A stretch of 64,000 bases of DNA from Coriobacteriia bacterium (GTDB lineage: Bacteria > Actinomycetota > Coriobacteriia > Anaerosomatales > Anaerosomataceae), in assembly GCA_034368805.1 (NCBI GenBank), contig JAXMLJ010000044.1:76-64075 (forward strand), given 5' to 3'. This document shows positions 18,400 to 28,111 of the stretch, in pieces (positions within the stretch are counted from its first letter, which is position 1; every line of letters begins with the position of its first letter). A program made the position numbers and the translations under genes. The notes under the pieces are model-generated. The model was not told the DNA's origin, did no database searches, and saw only the letters and a list, made by a program, of their open reading frames with translations.

Positions 18400-21300
18400 C
18401 TACGGGATACCGGCCGCCGACTTGGCGGCCGTGAAGACTGCCGACGAGACCGCACCGTCACCGCCGATCACGTAGAGCGTGTCGATCTTCGACTTGTTCG
18501 TCGAGATCTTCGCGTAGGCTTCTGCCCGCAGCGCCGTGGGTGTCGTGAGCAGCATGACGCCGTTCCATGCGCCAAGCATCGCGCCACCGGCAAGCGCATC
18601 GGGGAAGTTCTCCCCCGTCGCCAGACCGACACCGTTCCAGCTCATGCCGGCATCCACACCGGCCTGGGCCACGAGGGCTGCGGTCTCGTAGCGGTTCGCC
18701 CCACCCTTGCGCAGTACGTTCCCGTCACCCAGGGCGAGCTCGAGCGAGTCCTCCACCGCCCCCGGCACCACGTTCACCCCTCCGAGGATGAGCGCACTCG
18801 TCGCGCCGGTCGGCAGATGGTACGCGCCCGTCGCGCGGTTCACCAGCACGATGGGCCGTCCGAGCGCGGCCGCAAGCGGCGAAGCCGCGGTGGCATCCGG
18901 GAAGTTGGCGCCTGTCGCCACGAGCACGCCGCCCGTGTACGCCGGCCCGAGCTGCGCGATCGTCTCCTCTGCGATCGCCTGGGCCGTGGCGTAGCGGTCA
19001 TCGCCTTTCAGGCGCTTGACGTTGCCTCCCACCAGGACCTTGAGCGCGTTCTCGACAGTGGCCGACACGGCACCCGTGCCGCCGAGTACGTACGCCTTCG
19101 TAGCACCGAGTCTGACGATCTCGTCGCGCACCGATGTTGGAAGCGCGCCGGGCGTTGTGAGCAACAACGGTCCGCCCACGGCGCCGGCAAGCGCACTGCC
19201 GCCGAGGGCGTCGGGCCAGTTGCTGCCCGTGGCGACCACAACGGTATCAGCCGTGGTGAACGCCCGTCTCGAGGCCTCGGCACTCGTGAGGTAGCGGTCG
19301 AGTCCCCACACTCTGAAGGCGCCCTTGGGGAGCGTGACAGCGATGTCCACCGTGGCGGCGTTGGAGACATCGGTGCCGTCGCTCGCGGTGTACGTGAAGC
19401 TGTCTGTGCCGATGAAGTCGGCGTCGGGCGTATACGTGAAACCGCCCGTGGACAAGAGCGTCACATCACCGTGGGCAGGATCGGTCAGCTTCTGGGCGCT
19501 CAGCGGATCGCTGTCGCCGTCTGTGTCGTTGACGAGCACGCCGGGCGCTGAAACGACGAGCGGCGTGTTGCGCGTGGCCGTGTACTCATCGGCAACGGCT
19601 ACCGGCGCGGCGTTGGGAGCCTCGGCCGCCAGCGCAGAGGCCGCGTTGATGCGGCCCTCGGTCACGCATAGACCGGCAAGCGATGCCTTCTCGTCCACGG
19701 TGTCCATGATGAGGCCCTTGAGGTCGCCCCAGTCCCGCGAACCGTCTTGGGCCATGAGCAGCCCCGCCACCCCCGCGACGTGCGGTGTGGCCATGGATGT
19801 GCCGCTCTTGTAGCTATAGGCGTCATCGTGATCCACCCAGGACACCCACGGTGAGCCCTCTGCGGGATCGAGATCGAAGACCTCCAAGTCGTCGATCCAC
19901 ACGCCGTCATATCCGGCTGCCGAGTCGATCACCCCGTCAGACCAGATGCCGAAGGAGAGGCGGACGGTCTGCCCGGCGTACGCACCGAGATCGAGACACC
20001 ACTCCTCGAATCCCCCGTTGTCTCCCGTGGCCAGCTCGACCAGTGACCAGGTGCCGGTACCCGAGCCGTAGACCCAGACGTGTGCGTAGTCCCAGTCCGG
20101 CTCCACATCGTAGCGCCACTCGAACCGCACGCCCGGGAAGTCCGTTCCGGACAGGTCGACGGATGTGACCTGGTCGACGTAGGCCTCCTCATCATTCGTA
20201 TAGTCGAGATGGGCCACACTCGACGGCGCCGACGTGTAGGCTCCCGTGGTCAGCTCCCACGGCTTGTTGCTGTAGTCCGCAACGGTCCAGCCTGTGAGAT
20301 CCGTGAACTCCGTGCTGTACAGCGTGTTGACGGTGGCGTCCGCCGAGATCGAGACCCGCCGGTCCCCGGGAACGGTGCTCAAGATCATCTCACCCGGAGC
20401 GAAGACGTCCACGCGGGTGGCGCCCCTGTTAGAGAACGAGGCCGGCAGGTCCTTGTTGCCGGTCGCTCCCACGGACAGGATGTTCGGCAGGTCGTAGCCG
20501 GCGGGGAAGAAGTACCACGACGAGTTGGCCGGCACGTAGTCCCCGCCAAGGATTCCACCCGGCCACGAGCCGTCGATGTCCTCGCCGTCGTTGTTGCCCG
20601 CAGCGAACACGAAGAGCTTGTCCACTGCTGCGATGGCGTCGTACTCGGCCTGGTCGAACGGGTACCAGCCACCCCATGAGTTGCTCGAGAGGTGGGCACC
20701 GGCCGCATCGATGTACTCGAAGCACTCGAGGACGTCGCTCGTGAGCCCGTTGCCATCGGCGTCGAGCATCTTGACGGCCATGATCGAGACGTCCCAGTTC
20801 ACACCTGTGACACCGAGCCCGTTGTCTCCGACCCCGCCGATGGTGCCCGCGCAGTGCGTGCCGTGGCCGTTATCGTCCATGGGATCACCGTCGCCATTGA
20901 CGGCATCCCAGCCGTGCACGTCATCGACGTACCCATTCCCGTCGTCATCGATGCCGTTGTCGGGGATCTCACCGGGGTTCACCCACATGTTGGCGGCAAG
21001 GTCCGGGTGCTCGTAGTCCACACCCGTGTCAACCACGGCGATGATGACGTCCGAGGAGCCGGTGGTACGGTCCCACGCTTCCGGCGCGTCGATGTCGGCA
21101 TCGGCCGTGCCACCGTTCTGACCCGTGTTGTGCAACCCCCACAGCTCGCCGAAGCCGGGGTCATCCGGCATCGCTGTGATCGTCTTGATGTAGTTGGGCT
21201 GTGCGTAGATGACACCCGGCATCGCCTCGTACGCCGCGACCGCCTCCTCGACGCTCGTGCCCGGCCGCAGCCTGGCCAGATGCAGGCCGTCGACGATCGA

Positions 21301-21594
21301 GTACGTGCGTGCGACCCGCGACCCGACCCTCGCATGCGCGGCACCTGCCGAGGTCGCCGAGACGCCGCGGTCGAACCTGACGAGCACCTCACCCTCGGCA
21401 AAGCGAGCCTCGGGCACCCGGCCTACCGCTCCCGCGTCTTCCGCGAGCCGAACGGCGCGCGATGTGCGATCGGCGAGCGGGACCTTCCGCCCGAGTGGCG
21501 CCGTCGCCCCCGCCGACGCAGGCAGTGATAGCGCCACGAGCGCTATCGCCACAAGGAGAGAGACATGCCTTCTGCGTACCGGTACGGACACCAT
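18400..21594 (-). CDS. Secreted subtilisin-like (S8) serine protease with propeptide, nested insertion domain, cadherin-like domain and 3 CWB2 wall-binding repeats
   Basis: Signal peptide MVSVPVRRRHVSLLVAIALVALSLPASAGA. Triad motifs VVDTGVD, HGTHCAGT and SGTSMATPHVAG. VAVADEYTATRNTPL..VNDTDGD is cadherin-like. Three repeats of the DRY.T....A.....vVvATG.NfPDAL type follow. Confidence 0.9.
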   Translation of the reverse strand: MVSVPVRRRHVSLLVAIALVALSLPASAGATAPLGRKVPLADRTSRAVRLAEDAGAVGRVPEARFAEGEVLVRFDRGVSATSAGAAHARVGSRVARTYSIVDGLHLARLRPGTSVEEAVAAYEAMPGVIYAQPNYIKTITAMPDDPGFGELWGLHNTGQNGGTADADIDAPEAWDRTTGSSDVIIAVVDTGVDYEHPDLAANMWVNPGEIPDNGIDDDGNGYVDDVHGWDAVNGDGDPMDDNGHGTHCAGTIGGVGDNGLGVTGVNWDVSIMAVKMLDADGNGLTSDVLECFEYIDAAGAHLSSNSWGGWYPFDQAEYDAIAAVDKLFVFAAGNNDGEDIDGSWPGGILGGDYVPANSSWYFFPAGYDLPNILSVGATGNKDLPASFSNRGATRVDVFAPGEMILSTVPGDRRVSISADATVNTLYSTEFTDLTGWTVADYSNKPWELTTGAYTSAPSSVAHLDYTNDEEAYVDQVTSVDLSGTDFPGVRFEWRYDVEPDWDYAHVWVYGSGTGTWSLVELATGDNGGFEEWCLDLGAYAGQTVRLSFGIWSDGVIDSAAGYDGVWIDDLEVFDLDPAEGSPWVSWVDHDDAYSYKSGTSMATPHVAGVAGLLMAQDGSRDWGDLKGLIMDTVDEKASLAGLCVTEGRINAASALAAEAPNAAPVAVADEYTATRNTPLVVSAPGVLVNDTDGDSDPLSAQKLTDPAHGDVTLLSTGGFTYTPDADFIGTDSFTYTASDGTDVSNAATVDIAVTLPKGAFRVWGLDRYLTSAEASRRAFTTADTVVVATGSNWPDALGGSALAGAVGGPLLLTTPGALPTSVRDEIVRLGATKAYVLGGTGAVSATVENALKVLVGGNVKRLKGDDRYATAQAIAEETIAQLGPAYTGGVLVATGANFPDATAASPLAAALGRPIVLVNRATGAYHLPTGATSALILGGVNVVPGAVEDSLELALGDGNVLRKGGANRYETAALVAQAGVDAGMSWNGVGLATGENFPDALAGGAMLGAWNGVMLLTTPTALRAEAYAKISTNKSKIDTLYVIGGDGAVSSAVFTAAKSAAGIP

Positions 21595-21776
21595 GGTGTA
21601 CTCCTCGTCAGCCTCCGGTGTCTCCGGGGGCGTCCGGCTACCCGCCGATGTTGATGCTGATAGTGGTATCGGTGATATGTCCCCGGGGCTCAACCAACAG
21701 TGTCAACGACGTCGTGGCCCGGAAGCCAGGTTGAGACCGTCGTACCAGCGACGTCCGTACCAGACCTTGACAGAAC

Positions 21777-22574
21777 CTAACCCCGTTCCCACCGCTCGAG
21801 CCACCAGGTGACCGAGCGGTTCATCTCCCGCATGAACGCCGACGCGAACTTGCGCCGGTAGACGCCTTGCGGATAGTCAACCGCGCCCTCCGGCAACCCG
21901 TGAGGGGCGTGCAGGGCCGCGAGGTCGCAAGCGGCCTCGGTCAGCTCGGCCGGTGTCAGACGTCGGTACCGATCCGTGTGGACGAGACGCTTCCCGTAGT
22001 GCTCGATGGGCTCCTGCGGTGCACGCGGCCTGCCGAAGCACACCATCGCGATAGGCAGCGTGTGCGGTGGCAGCTCGAGCAGCCGGGCCACCTCTTCGCC
22101 GTTCTCCAGGATGTCGCCGATGTAGCACGAGCCTATGCCGAGCGACTCGGCGGCGATCACGGCGTTCTGTGCGGCGATGAGGGCGTCGGAACACGCGAGG
22201 AGGAGGTCGCCGGGGCACACGCCCCGGCGATGCTCCACATCTTCCATCTCGTAGGCGCCGCCTGCGACGAACAGGTCGGTCCATTTCTGGTAGTCCGCCA
22301 CGAAGACGAGCACCCACGGCGCCTGTGCGATGAACGGCTGATCGTCGCACAGGACCGCGAGGCGATCCTTGAGCGCCTGATCCTCGATCTCGATGATCGT
22401 GTAGAGCACCATGTTGCCACCGGTGGGCGCCCTGACCGCCGCATGCGCGATGGCCTGCTTCTCGTCGGTGGTGAGCGGCGAGGGGCCGTAGACCCGCGTG
22501 GACCGCCGCGCGTAGAGCAGCTCGAGCGTCTCGTTGAGAAGCGTCCCCGGCTCCGATGCGCCTCGCACGCCCAC
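21777..22574 (-). CDS. Nitroreductase-family protein
   Basis: LLYARRSTRVY, VRAPTGGN and ESLGIGSCYIG. The start is uncertain. GTG 22574 overlaps the arcA stop (TAGTG); the alternative is the track start at 22601. Confidence 0.8.
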   Translation of the reverse strand: MGVRGASEPGTLLNETLELLYARRSTRVYGPSPLTTDEKQAIAHAAVRAPTGGNMVLYTIIEIEDQALKDRLAVLCDDQPFIAQAPWVLVFVADYQKWTDLFVAGGAYEMEDVEHRRGVCPGDLLLACSDALIAAQNAVIAAESLGIGSCYIGDILENGEEVARLLELPPHTLPIAMVCFGRPRAPQEPIEHYGKRLVHTDRYRRLTPAELTEAACDLAALHAPHGLPEGAVDYPQGVYRRKFASAFMREMNRSVTWWLERWERG

Positions 22575-23842
22575 TACAGGGCGTCCCGTACGATCGGGCA
22601 CGTCATGCAGTGGCCGCCGCCGCGCCCTTTGCCGAGCTCGGTCCCCTCGATCTCGAGTACCTCGATGCCCGCCTCTCGCAGCTTCGCGTTGGTGCCCACG
22701 TTCTTCTCGTACGCGATCACCACGCCCGGCTCTACCGCCACCACGTTATTGGCGTCGTCCCACTGCTCGCGCGCGGACTGGAAGCTATCGCCTCCGGTCT
22801 CGACCACGCGGAGCGTCTCGAGCTCGAGCGCATCGGCAACGGCCTCGAGCAGGCCCCGCTCCTCGGTGATGTCGAACGAATCGGTGCGCTCGCCGGGCCG
22901 CACGCTGTAGACGAGCATGTCTCCGATGACCGGCGGGTAGAGTGTGACCGCGTCGCGGTCGAGCATGGTGAACACCGTGTCGAGGTGCATGTACGCCCTC
23001 TCCTGTGCCATCCGGCAGACGATCACCCGGTCCGCCTCGCCGGCGGAGAACAGCGCCGAGGCGACGTGTTCCACCATGCGCCCTGTCGAGCGCTCGCCGA
23101 GGCCGACGAGCACCGTCCTGTTGCCGATCGGCATTATGTCGCCGCCCTCGAGCGACGCGCCCTGACTGAAGTCCTCGAGTGCGAAGCGCGACGTGTCGCC
23201 GGTGGGCGGGTGCCAGAAGTGGAATCGCGCCCCGGCGAACCTCGGGTGGTAGCGGTAGATCAGCGAGACGTTGACGACCTCCATGCGACGCGCCGCCCAG
23301 AACAGCGGCGGAAGGACGACGCCGCTGAACAGCCACGCGCTCGAATCCCGGGTGAACAGCGTGTTGGGCAGCGGCGGCAGCACGAAGCCGTCGGGATCCG
23401 AGAGCACCGCGCCGAGCGAGCGACGGGCGAGCGCTGCCAGGTCGAACCCTTCGAGCTCGCGCACGAGCAGTCCGCCGATGAGCACGGATGCCAGGTGCGT
23501 CGGCTCGAGATCGTGCAGGTAGCTGCGGAGCTCGGTCACGAGCGACAGGCCGACCGAGTACGACGAGACCGCGTTGCCGATCGCCTCGGCGCGCGCCTCG
23601 ACCGAGTGCGCGAGCGCCTCGGCGAGCAGCTCCTCGAGGTAGAGCACCTCGACGCCCCGCGAACGCAGCAGCGCAACGAACGCATCGTGCTCGGCCTGCG
23701 CGCGCTCGACCCACACGACATCGTCAAAGAGGAACTCGCTGCGGTTGGCAGGTGTCAGGCGCTCGAGGCCGATACCGGGCCGGTGGACGAGCACGGTTCT
23801 GAGCGTGCCGATCTCGGAGTGCACGCCGGGCGTGATGATCAT
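22574..23842 (-). CDS. arcA: Arginine deiminase
   Basis: [23 protein letters not shown].., FTRD, and a C-terminal GGGHCMTCP catalytic Cys motif. ATG 23842 is preceded by GAGGAGGAG. Confidence 0.92.
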   Translation of the reverse strand: MIITPGVHSEIGTLRTVLVHRPGIGLERLTPANRSEFLFDDVVWVERAQAEHDAFVALLRSRGVEVLYLEELLAEALAHSVEARAEAIGNAVSSYSVGLSLVTELRSYLHDLEPTHLASVLIGGLLVRELEGFDLAALARRSLGAVLSDPDGFVLPPLPNTLFTRDSSAWLFSGVVLPPLFWAARRMEVVNVSLIYRYHPRFAGARFHFWHPPTGDTSRFALEDFSQGASLEGGDIMPIGNRTVLVGLGERSTGRMVEHVASALFSAGEADRVIVCRMAQERAYMHLDTVFTMLDRDAVTLYPPVIGDMLVYSVRPGERTDSFDITEERGLLEAVADALELETLRVVETGGDSFQSAREQWDDANNVVAVEPGVVIAYEKNVGTNAKLREAGIEVLEIEGTELGKGRGGGHCMTCPIVRDAL

Positions 23843-24038
23843 ACTGTCTCCTCCTCGCATGACGCGTTCGCGCACCCTGTATCATGCCATGCCGCACGCC
23901 ATGTGGCAGGCGACGTGCAGAGACCACGCCGTCGGGGCTTGCCAGCCCGTAGCTGTTGAGAGGACACTGCCCCACAGGACTGATGCCCCTCAAGCCCCCG
24001 CTGCCGACAGCCGCTCGCGAAGCGCGCTCAGATCCGGC

Positions 24039-24452
24039 GTGCAGACGCAGATAGTCTCCGCTGCCGCGATGTGGCTCATCGGCGCGTCGATCCTGCTCAT
24101 CCGGGGGCTCGACTACATCCAGGGCCGCTCATGGCACGCGTGGGCGCTCGCGGTGGGTCTTTCGCTCGGCGTCCTCAAGTCGCGGTATCTGCTGGAGCGT
24201 GTGGCCGCCAAGGCGGTCGAGCGCATCCGGACGCGTGGCCCCGCGTTCTTCCTGAGCTTCTTCTCGCTGCGCTCGTGGGCGCTCGTCGCGCTCATGATGG
24301 GAGGCGGCATCTGGCTGCGGAGCCTTGTTGTGGCCGACGACCAGATCGGTGCGGGCATCATGGGTGCCGTGTACGTCGGCGTGGGGACCGCCCTCCTGCT
24401 CGCCGACCGGGTGTTCTGGCACGCGGCCTTCAGAAAGCCGCGACACGCTTAG
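24039..24452 (+). CDS. Hypothetical small integral membrane protein
   Basis: Three to four hydrophobic segments (AAAMWLIGASILLI, WALAVGLSLGVL, WALVALMMGGGIWL, GIMGAVYVGVGTALLLA). The start is GTG 24039 or ATG 24069. Confidence 0.5.
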   Translation: MQTQIVSAAAMWLIGASILLIRGLDYIQGRSWHAWALAVGLSLGVLKSRYLLERVAAKAVERIRTRGPAFFLSFFSLRSWALVALMMGGGIWLRSLVVADDQIGAGIMGAVYVGVGTALLLADRVFWHAAFRKPRHA

Positions 24453-24480
24453 GGCCGTGCGCGTCGAGCCGCCGGTACCG

Positions 24481-25263
24481 CTACCAGCCCCGAGTCGCTC
24501 CGCCGCCGCCCGAACCTCCGCCACCGAAACCGCCGAAGCCGCCGCCGGACGAGCCACCGCCCCCGCTGCTCGAGCCGCCCCATGTGGACGGCGGGGGTGG
24601 CGTGAACCCTCCGCCAGAGCTGCTGCCCGAGCCGGGTGAGCCCCCGCCGCCTTTGAGCAGGCCTTTCTTTGCGGCCCAGATCAAGAACCCGATGATGCCG
24701 CCGACGGCTAGCAGTATGATCCACAGTCCGATGCCCGGGCCGGTGTTCGGCTCAGCGGCACCCTCGACCTCGGTCTCGTACTCGGCAGCCACCAGTCCGG
24801 CGAGCCGCGCGTGACCGGCCTCGATACCGCCTGCCATGTCGCCATCGCGGAAGCGCGGGATGACGTCCTCGTCGAGCACACGACCGGCAACCGGGTCGGG
24901 GATGGCCCCTTCGAGGCCGTAGCCGACCTCGATCCGCACTTCGCGCTCGCTCACCGCGACGATCAGCAGCACGCCGTTGTCCAGGTCCTTCGCGCCGATA
25001 CCAAGCTCGTCGAACAGACGCTCGGCGTAGTCCTCGATCGGCCGACCATCGAGCGAGGCGACGGTGACGACCGCGATCTGGGCACCGGGCGTCGAGGTCT
25101 CGATGCGTGCCGAGAGCGCTTCGATGCGCGACTGGACGTCGGGCGGGATGATGCCCGCCTCGTCCATCACGTAGCCGGTGGCCTCGATGCCCGCGGCGGG
25201 AAGCGCGCACGCCACCGTGGCGGCAAACGCGAGGGCAAGCAGCAGCGATACGCGACGGGTCAT
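24481..25263 (-). CDS. TPM-domain (YgcG-like) protein with TM segment and Gly/Ser-rich tail
   Basis: Signal or anchor sequence, then YVMDEAGII..IAVVTV.SL.G..IEDYA..LF..LGIG, then a TM segment and a GGGGSPGSGSSSGGG tail. Confidence 0.85.
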   Translation of the reverse strand: MTRRVSLLLALAFAATVACALPAAGIEATGYVMDEAGIIPPDVQSRIEALSARIETSTPGAQIAVVTVASLDGRPIEDYAERLFDELGIGAKDLDNGVLLIVAVSEREVRIEVGYGLEGAIPDPVAGRVLDEDVIPRFRDGDMAGGIEAGHARLAGLVAAEYETEVEGAAEPNTGPGIGLWIILLAVGGIIGFLIWAAKKGLLKGGGGSPGSGSSSGGGFTPPPPSTWGGSSSGGGGSSGGGFGGFGGGGSGGGGATRGW

Positions 25264-25285
25264 GAGGCCTTACAACCTCCGCAGG

Positions 25286-25855
25286 CTACTCGTCGTTACC
25301 GAAGTCCACTTCGGGCGTCTCGCGGTCGGACTCGGAGATCTCGAAGAACTCGGCCTTCTCGAAGCCCATGATCGGCGCGATCAGGTTGGTCGGGAACGTG
25401 CGCACCGCGAGGTTGTAGTCGCGCACGGTCTCGTTGTAGTCCTTGCGCGCCACGGAGATGCGGTTCTCAGTGCCGGAGAGCTCATCCATCAGCCGGATGA
25501 ACGTCTGGTCGCTCTTGAGGTCGGGGTAGTTCTCGACGATGACGAGCAGTCTGCCGAGCGCGCCTGTGAGCTCGGCATCGGCCTCTGCTGCCTCCGCGGG
25601 AGATGCGGCGCCGGCGAGCCGCGCGCGGCTGTCGGCGATCGCGGTCATGATGTCCTTCTCCTGCGCGGCAAAGCCCCGTACCGTGTTCACAAGGTTGGGA
25701 ATGAGGTCCGCCCGGCGCTTGAGTTGGTTATCGATCTGCGCCCACTGCGTCTCGACCTCGTTGTCGAGGTTCACCAGCCGGTTGTACGTGCCGATGAGCG
25801 ACATCGCGATCACCGCGAGTACTACCAGACCGATGACGATGCTCGACTTCTTCAT
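25286..25855 (-). CDS. LemA-family protein
   Basis: MKKSSIVIGLVVLAVIA anchor, then YNRLVNLDNEVETQWAQIDNQLKRRADLIPNLV. GGGAGGGAG precedes ATG 25855. Confidence 0.88.
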   Translation of the reverse strand: MKKSSIVIGLVVLAVIAMSLIGTYNRLVNLDNEVETQWAQIDNQLKRRADLIPNLVNTVRGFAAQEKDIMTAIADSRARLAGAASPAEAAEADAELTGALGRLLVIVENYPDLKSDQTFIRLMDELSGTENRISVARKDYNETVRDYNLAVRTFPTNLIAPIMGFEKAEFFEISESDRETPEVDFGNDE

Positions 25856-25907
25856 TGCGGCTCCCTCCCGAGTGATACGCCCTAGGGTACAAGTGTGCCT
25901 AACGCGC

Positions 25908-27116
25908 CTACGCGCTGGCAACCCTGCCGATCACATCGCGCACGAAGCGTGCTGCCCCGGCGATGAGCGCCGGGTCCGCCAGATCGGCAGTGTCCTTCTC
26001 CGAGTGCGCATAGTCGGCCATGAACCCCGCGATGTCACTCGTTGCCAGGGCGATGGCTGGTCGGCCGTGAATGCCGAAGATCGCGTGATCGCTCTGGAAC
26101 CACTGCGGTCCCTCGGCCATGTCCGGGAAGCTGTCCAGGGCGCCGCGCACAGACGCCTCTACCTCGGGCGGGCACGCGTAGAGCGACACGTGGTTGACCG
26201 TACCCCGCCAGCCGAGATCGTCGATGTTGATGCCGAGTTCGATGTCGTCCATCGCGCCCTCGTTCTCGGCGAGCCAGAGAATCTCACCGTGCGCCGCGTA
26301 GTCGTCCTCGCCGTTGAACGGCACGATCTCGATCGTCGGTCCGTGCTCGTACCCGGCGAGCAACCCGGCGAGTGTAAGGAGGGTCGCCACGCCGCTCGCG
26401 TTGTCGAGGCCCCCGGGCGAGCCGCGGCGGCTGTCGATGTGCGCCGTGACCACGATCCTGCCCGGGCGGTCGCCCGGAAGCGTGGCGACCACCTGTTCGG
26501 CGGTCGCCGGCAAGCGCCGGGACTCGATGCGTATGCGGACGAGGTCGCCGTCGAACTTGCGCAACGCCTTGCCGTCCTCGGCGGTCATGTAGGCGTTGGG
26601 GATGTCCAGGTCGCCGTCCTCGAACAGCGGGAACGGATACTGCCCGCCCACCATCTCCGGGTCGCGGCCGGTCGCCGCGATCACCGCGGCCGGCCCGAAG
26701 TGCTCGAGCGCGGCGACGATGCGTCGATGCTCCTCCGGGTTGTAGAACGGGAAGTTCTTCGGCATGACCTGGTGCGCGGCGATCTCGTTGGTGAGTAAGA
26801 CGACCGCACCCGCGATCACGGACTTCTCGAGATGCTCGATGTCCCGGACCTCGATGAGCGTCGCGCGTGTGACGCACGGAGGGGAGTACGGGCCGACATG
26901 CAAGTCGAACCGCTCGCCGCCCACCTCGACGAACGCCTCGCCGTGCTCCCACTCCAGACAGTCGAACCCGGTGCGCCGCACGTCGAAGCCGAGACCGGCA
27001 AGCCGCGTGGCGACCATCTCGTTGGCGGCGTCGTTGCCGGGGCCTCCGACGTGCCGATCAGGGTGCGCGGTGAGTTCGGCCACGTCGGCCTCGATGCGCG
27101 CCTCCAGGTCGCTCAT
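25908..27116 (-). CDS. M28-family zinc aminopeptidase-like protein
   Basis: VTAHIDSRRGSPGGLDNASGVATLL and FNGEDDY motifs. ATG 27116 overlaps the upstream stop as ATGA. Confidence 0.7.
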   Translation of the reverse strand: MSDLEARIEADVAELTAHPDRHVGGPGNDAANEMVATRLAGLGFDVRRTGFDCLEWEHGEAFVEVGGERFDLHVGPYSPPCVTRATLIEVRDIEHLEKSVIAGAVVLLTNEIAAHQVMPKNFPFYNPEEHRRIVAALEHFGPAAVIAATGRDPEMVGGQYPFPLFEDGDLDIPNAYMTAEDGKALRKFDGDLVRIRIESRRLPATAEQVVATLPGDRPGRIVVTAHIDSRRGSPGGLDNASGVATLLTLAGLLAGYEHGPTIEIVPFNGEDDYAAHGEILWLAENEGAMDDIELGINIDDLGWRGTVNHVSLYACPPEVEASVRGALDSFPDMAEGPQWFQSDHAIFGIHGRPAIALATSDIAGFMADYAHSEKDTADLADPALIAGAARFVRDVIGRVASA

Positions 27117-27556
27117 GAGAGCACCTCCCCGACAAGGCGGGCGACCTCGGCCTTGTCGCAGTTGCCGCCGCACTCGGCCACCACCGCTCCGATGGCCCGG
27201 CCCATGTCACGCTTCTCGGTGATCTGCGCCCCGTCGAGCACGCGCGTCACGACAGCCCGGAGCGCGTCGCCTTCGACCTGCGCCGGCAGGTAGGCCTCGA
27301 GGATGGCCACCTGCTCGGTCAGGTGCGCTGTCCGCTCGGCATCGGTATCGACCTTGATCGAGCCCTCGAGGGTCTCCGATGTCTGCTTGAGCACCTTCTT
27401 GAGCGCGGCCACCACCTCGGCGGGTTCGACCTGCCGCCCGGACTCCTTCTCGCGCATGTCGAGCTCGTTCTTCACCTGGCGCAGGATCGACAGCCGCAGC
27501 TTGTCGCGCGCCCGCATCGCCGCGGTGATCTCCAACGAGAGTGATTCGCGGTCCAT
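27113..27556 (-). CDS. GatB/YqeY domain-containing protein
   Basis: The full length resembles YqeY: ITAAMRARDKLRLSILRQVKNEL .. LEAYLP .. MGRAIGAV. Confidence 0.85.
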   Translation of the reverse strand: MDRESLSLEITAAMRARDKLRLSILRQVKNELDMREKESGRQVEPAEVVAALKKVLKQTSETLEGSIKVDTDAERTAHLTEQVAILEAYLPAQVEGDALRAVVTRVLDGAQITEKRDMGRAIGAVVAECGGNCDKAEVARLVGEVLS

Positions 27557-27596
27557 GAGACATCGCCCCTTTCGCGCGGCCGGTCGGCCACGTGGT

Positions 27597-27974
27597 TCAC
27601 GCCTGTCTGATCTCGATCTCGACCCCGTCGGGATCGTGGAAGAACGGCAGCCGCCAGCCGCCGGGGTACTCGGCGATCTGCACGCCGGGGCCGATCACAC
27701 CGAGTTCGAGCAACTCGGCGTATGCGGCGTCGATGTCCGCCGTCTCGAGCGCGAGGTGGCGGAAGCCGAGTGACCGCCCGGGTACCTCGGCTGCGGGCAC
27801 CGGCTCCCGGTAGGCGAAGAGCTCCACCTGCAGGCCGCCGAGGCGCATGAACGTGAGCGTCTTGTCCTCGCCCACCCGCTCGTCGACCGTCACGAAACCG
27901 AGCGCGCCGTAAAACGCCTTGGACCGGGCGAGATCGCCGACGATGATGCCGACATGGTGCGGCGTGAGGTCCAT
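27597..27974 (-). CDS. VOC/glyoxalase-family protein
   Basis: HHVGIIVGDLARSKAFY, FRHLALE and DPDGVEIEI. Confidence 0.85.
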   Translation of the reverse strand: MDLTPHHVGIIVGDLARSKAFYGALGFVTVDERVGEDKTLTFMRLGGLQVELFAYREPVPAAEVPGRSLGFRHLALETADIDAAYAELLELGVIGPGVQIAEYPGGWRLPFFHDPDGVEIEIRQA

Positions 27975-28098
27975 GCGTGCACCCTCCGTTGTCGCGCGGT
28001 GGAGCGAACCATCCGAGTGTAGCGCACGGCCCGGACGAGACCAGCGGCCCGTCAGCGCCGGTCTTGCACGGATCGGATCCGCACGCTATAGTTCGCCT

Positions 28099-28111
28099 AC
28101 TAATCATTAGT
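28099..28111. promoter_or_regulatory. AT-rich palindrome ACTAATcATTAGT in the VOC/MarR divergent intergenic region (candidate MarR operator)
   Basis: Perfect 6-1-6 inverted repeat lying 40 nt upstream of the MarR ATG. It is overlapped by TTAG-N4-CTAA (28107-28118). The AT-richness stands out in a GC-rich genome. Confidence 0.45.

Noticed and set aside
21741-21763. Direct repeat CGTACCAG twice (21741-21748 and 21756-21763) upstream of the protease gene, plus a minus-strand TTGACA at 21701-21706, considered as a regulator site and promoter.
   Set aside because: No acceptable -10 hexamer lies 16-19 nt from the TTGACA. An 8-mer occurring twice is weak evidence, so it is not reported as a feature.
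16618-23842. An arginine deiminase (arc) operon.
   Set aside because: arcC and arcA are 5 kb apart, separated by a cupredoxin-like gene on the other strand and a 3.2-kb protease gene. No arcB or arcD is present, so this is not an operon.
24481-24660. Repetitive GGC/GCC-rich DNA that looked like a tandem repeat or array.
   Set aside because: It is the in-frame Gly/Ser-rich C-terminal tail of the TPM-domain protein. It has no regular spacer-repeat structure.
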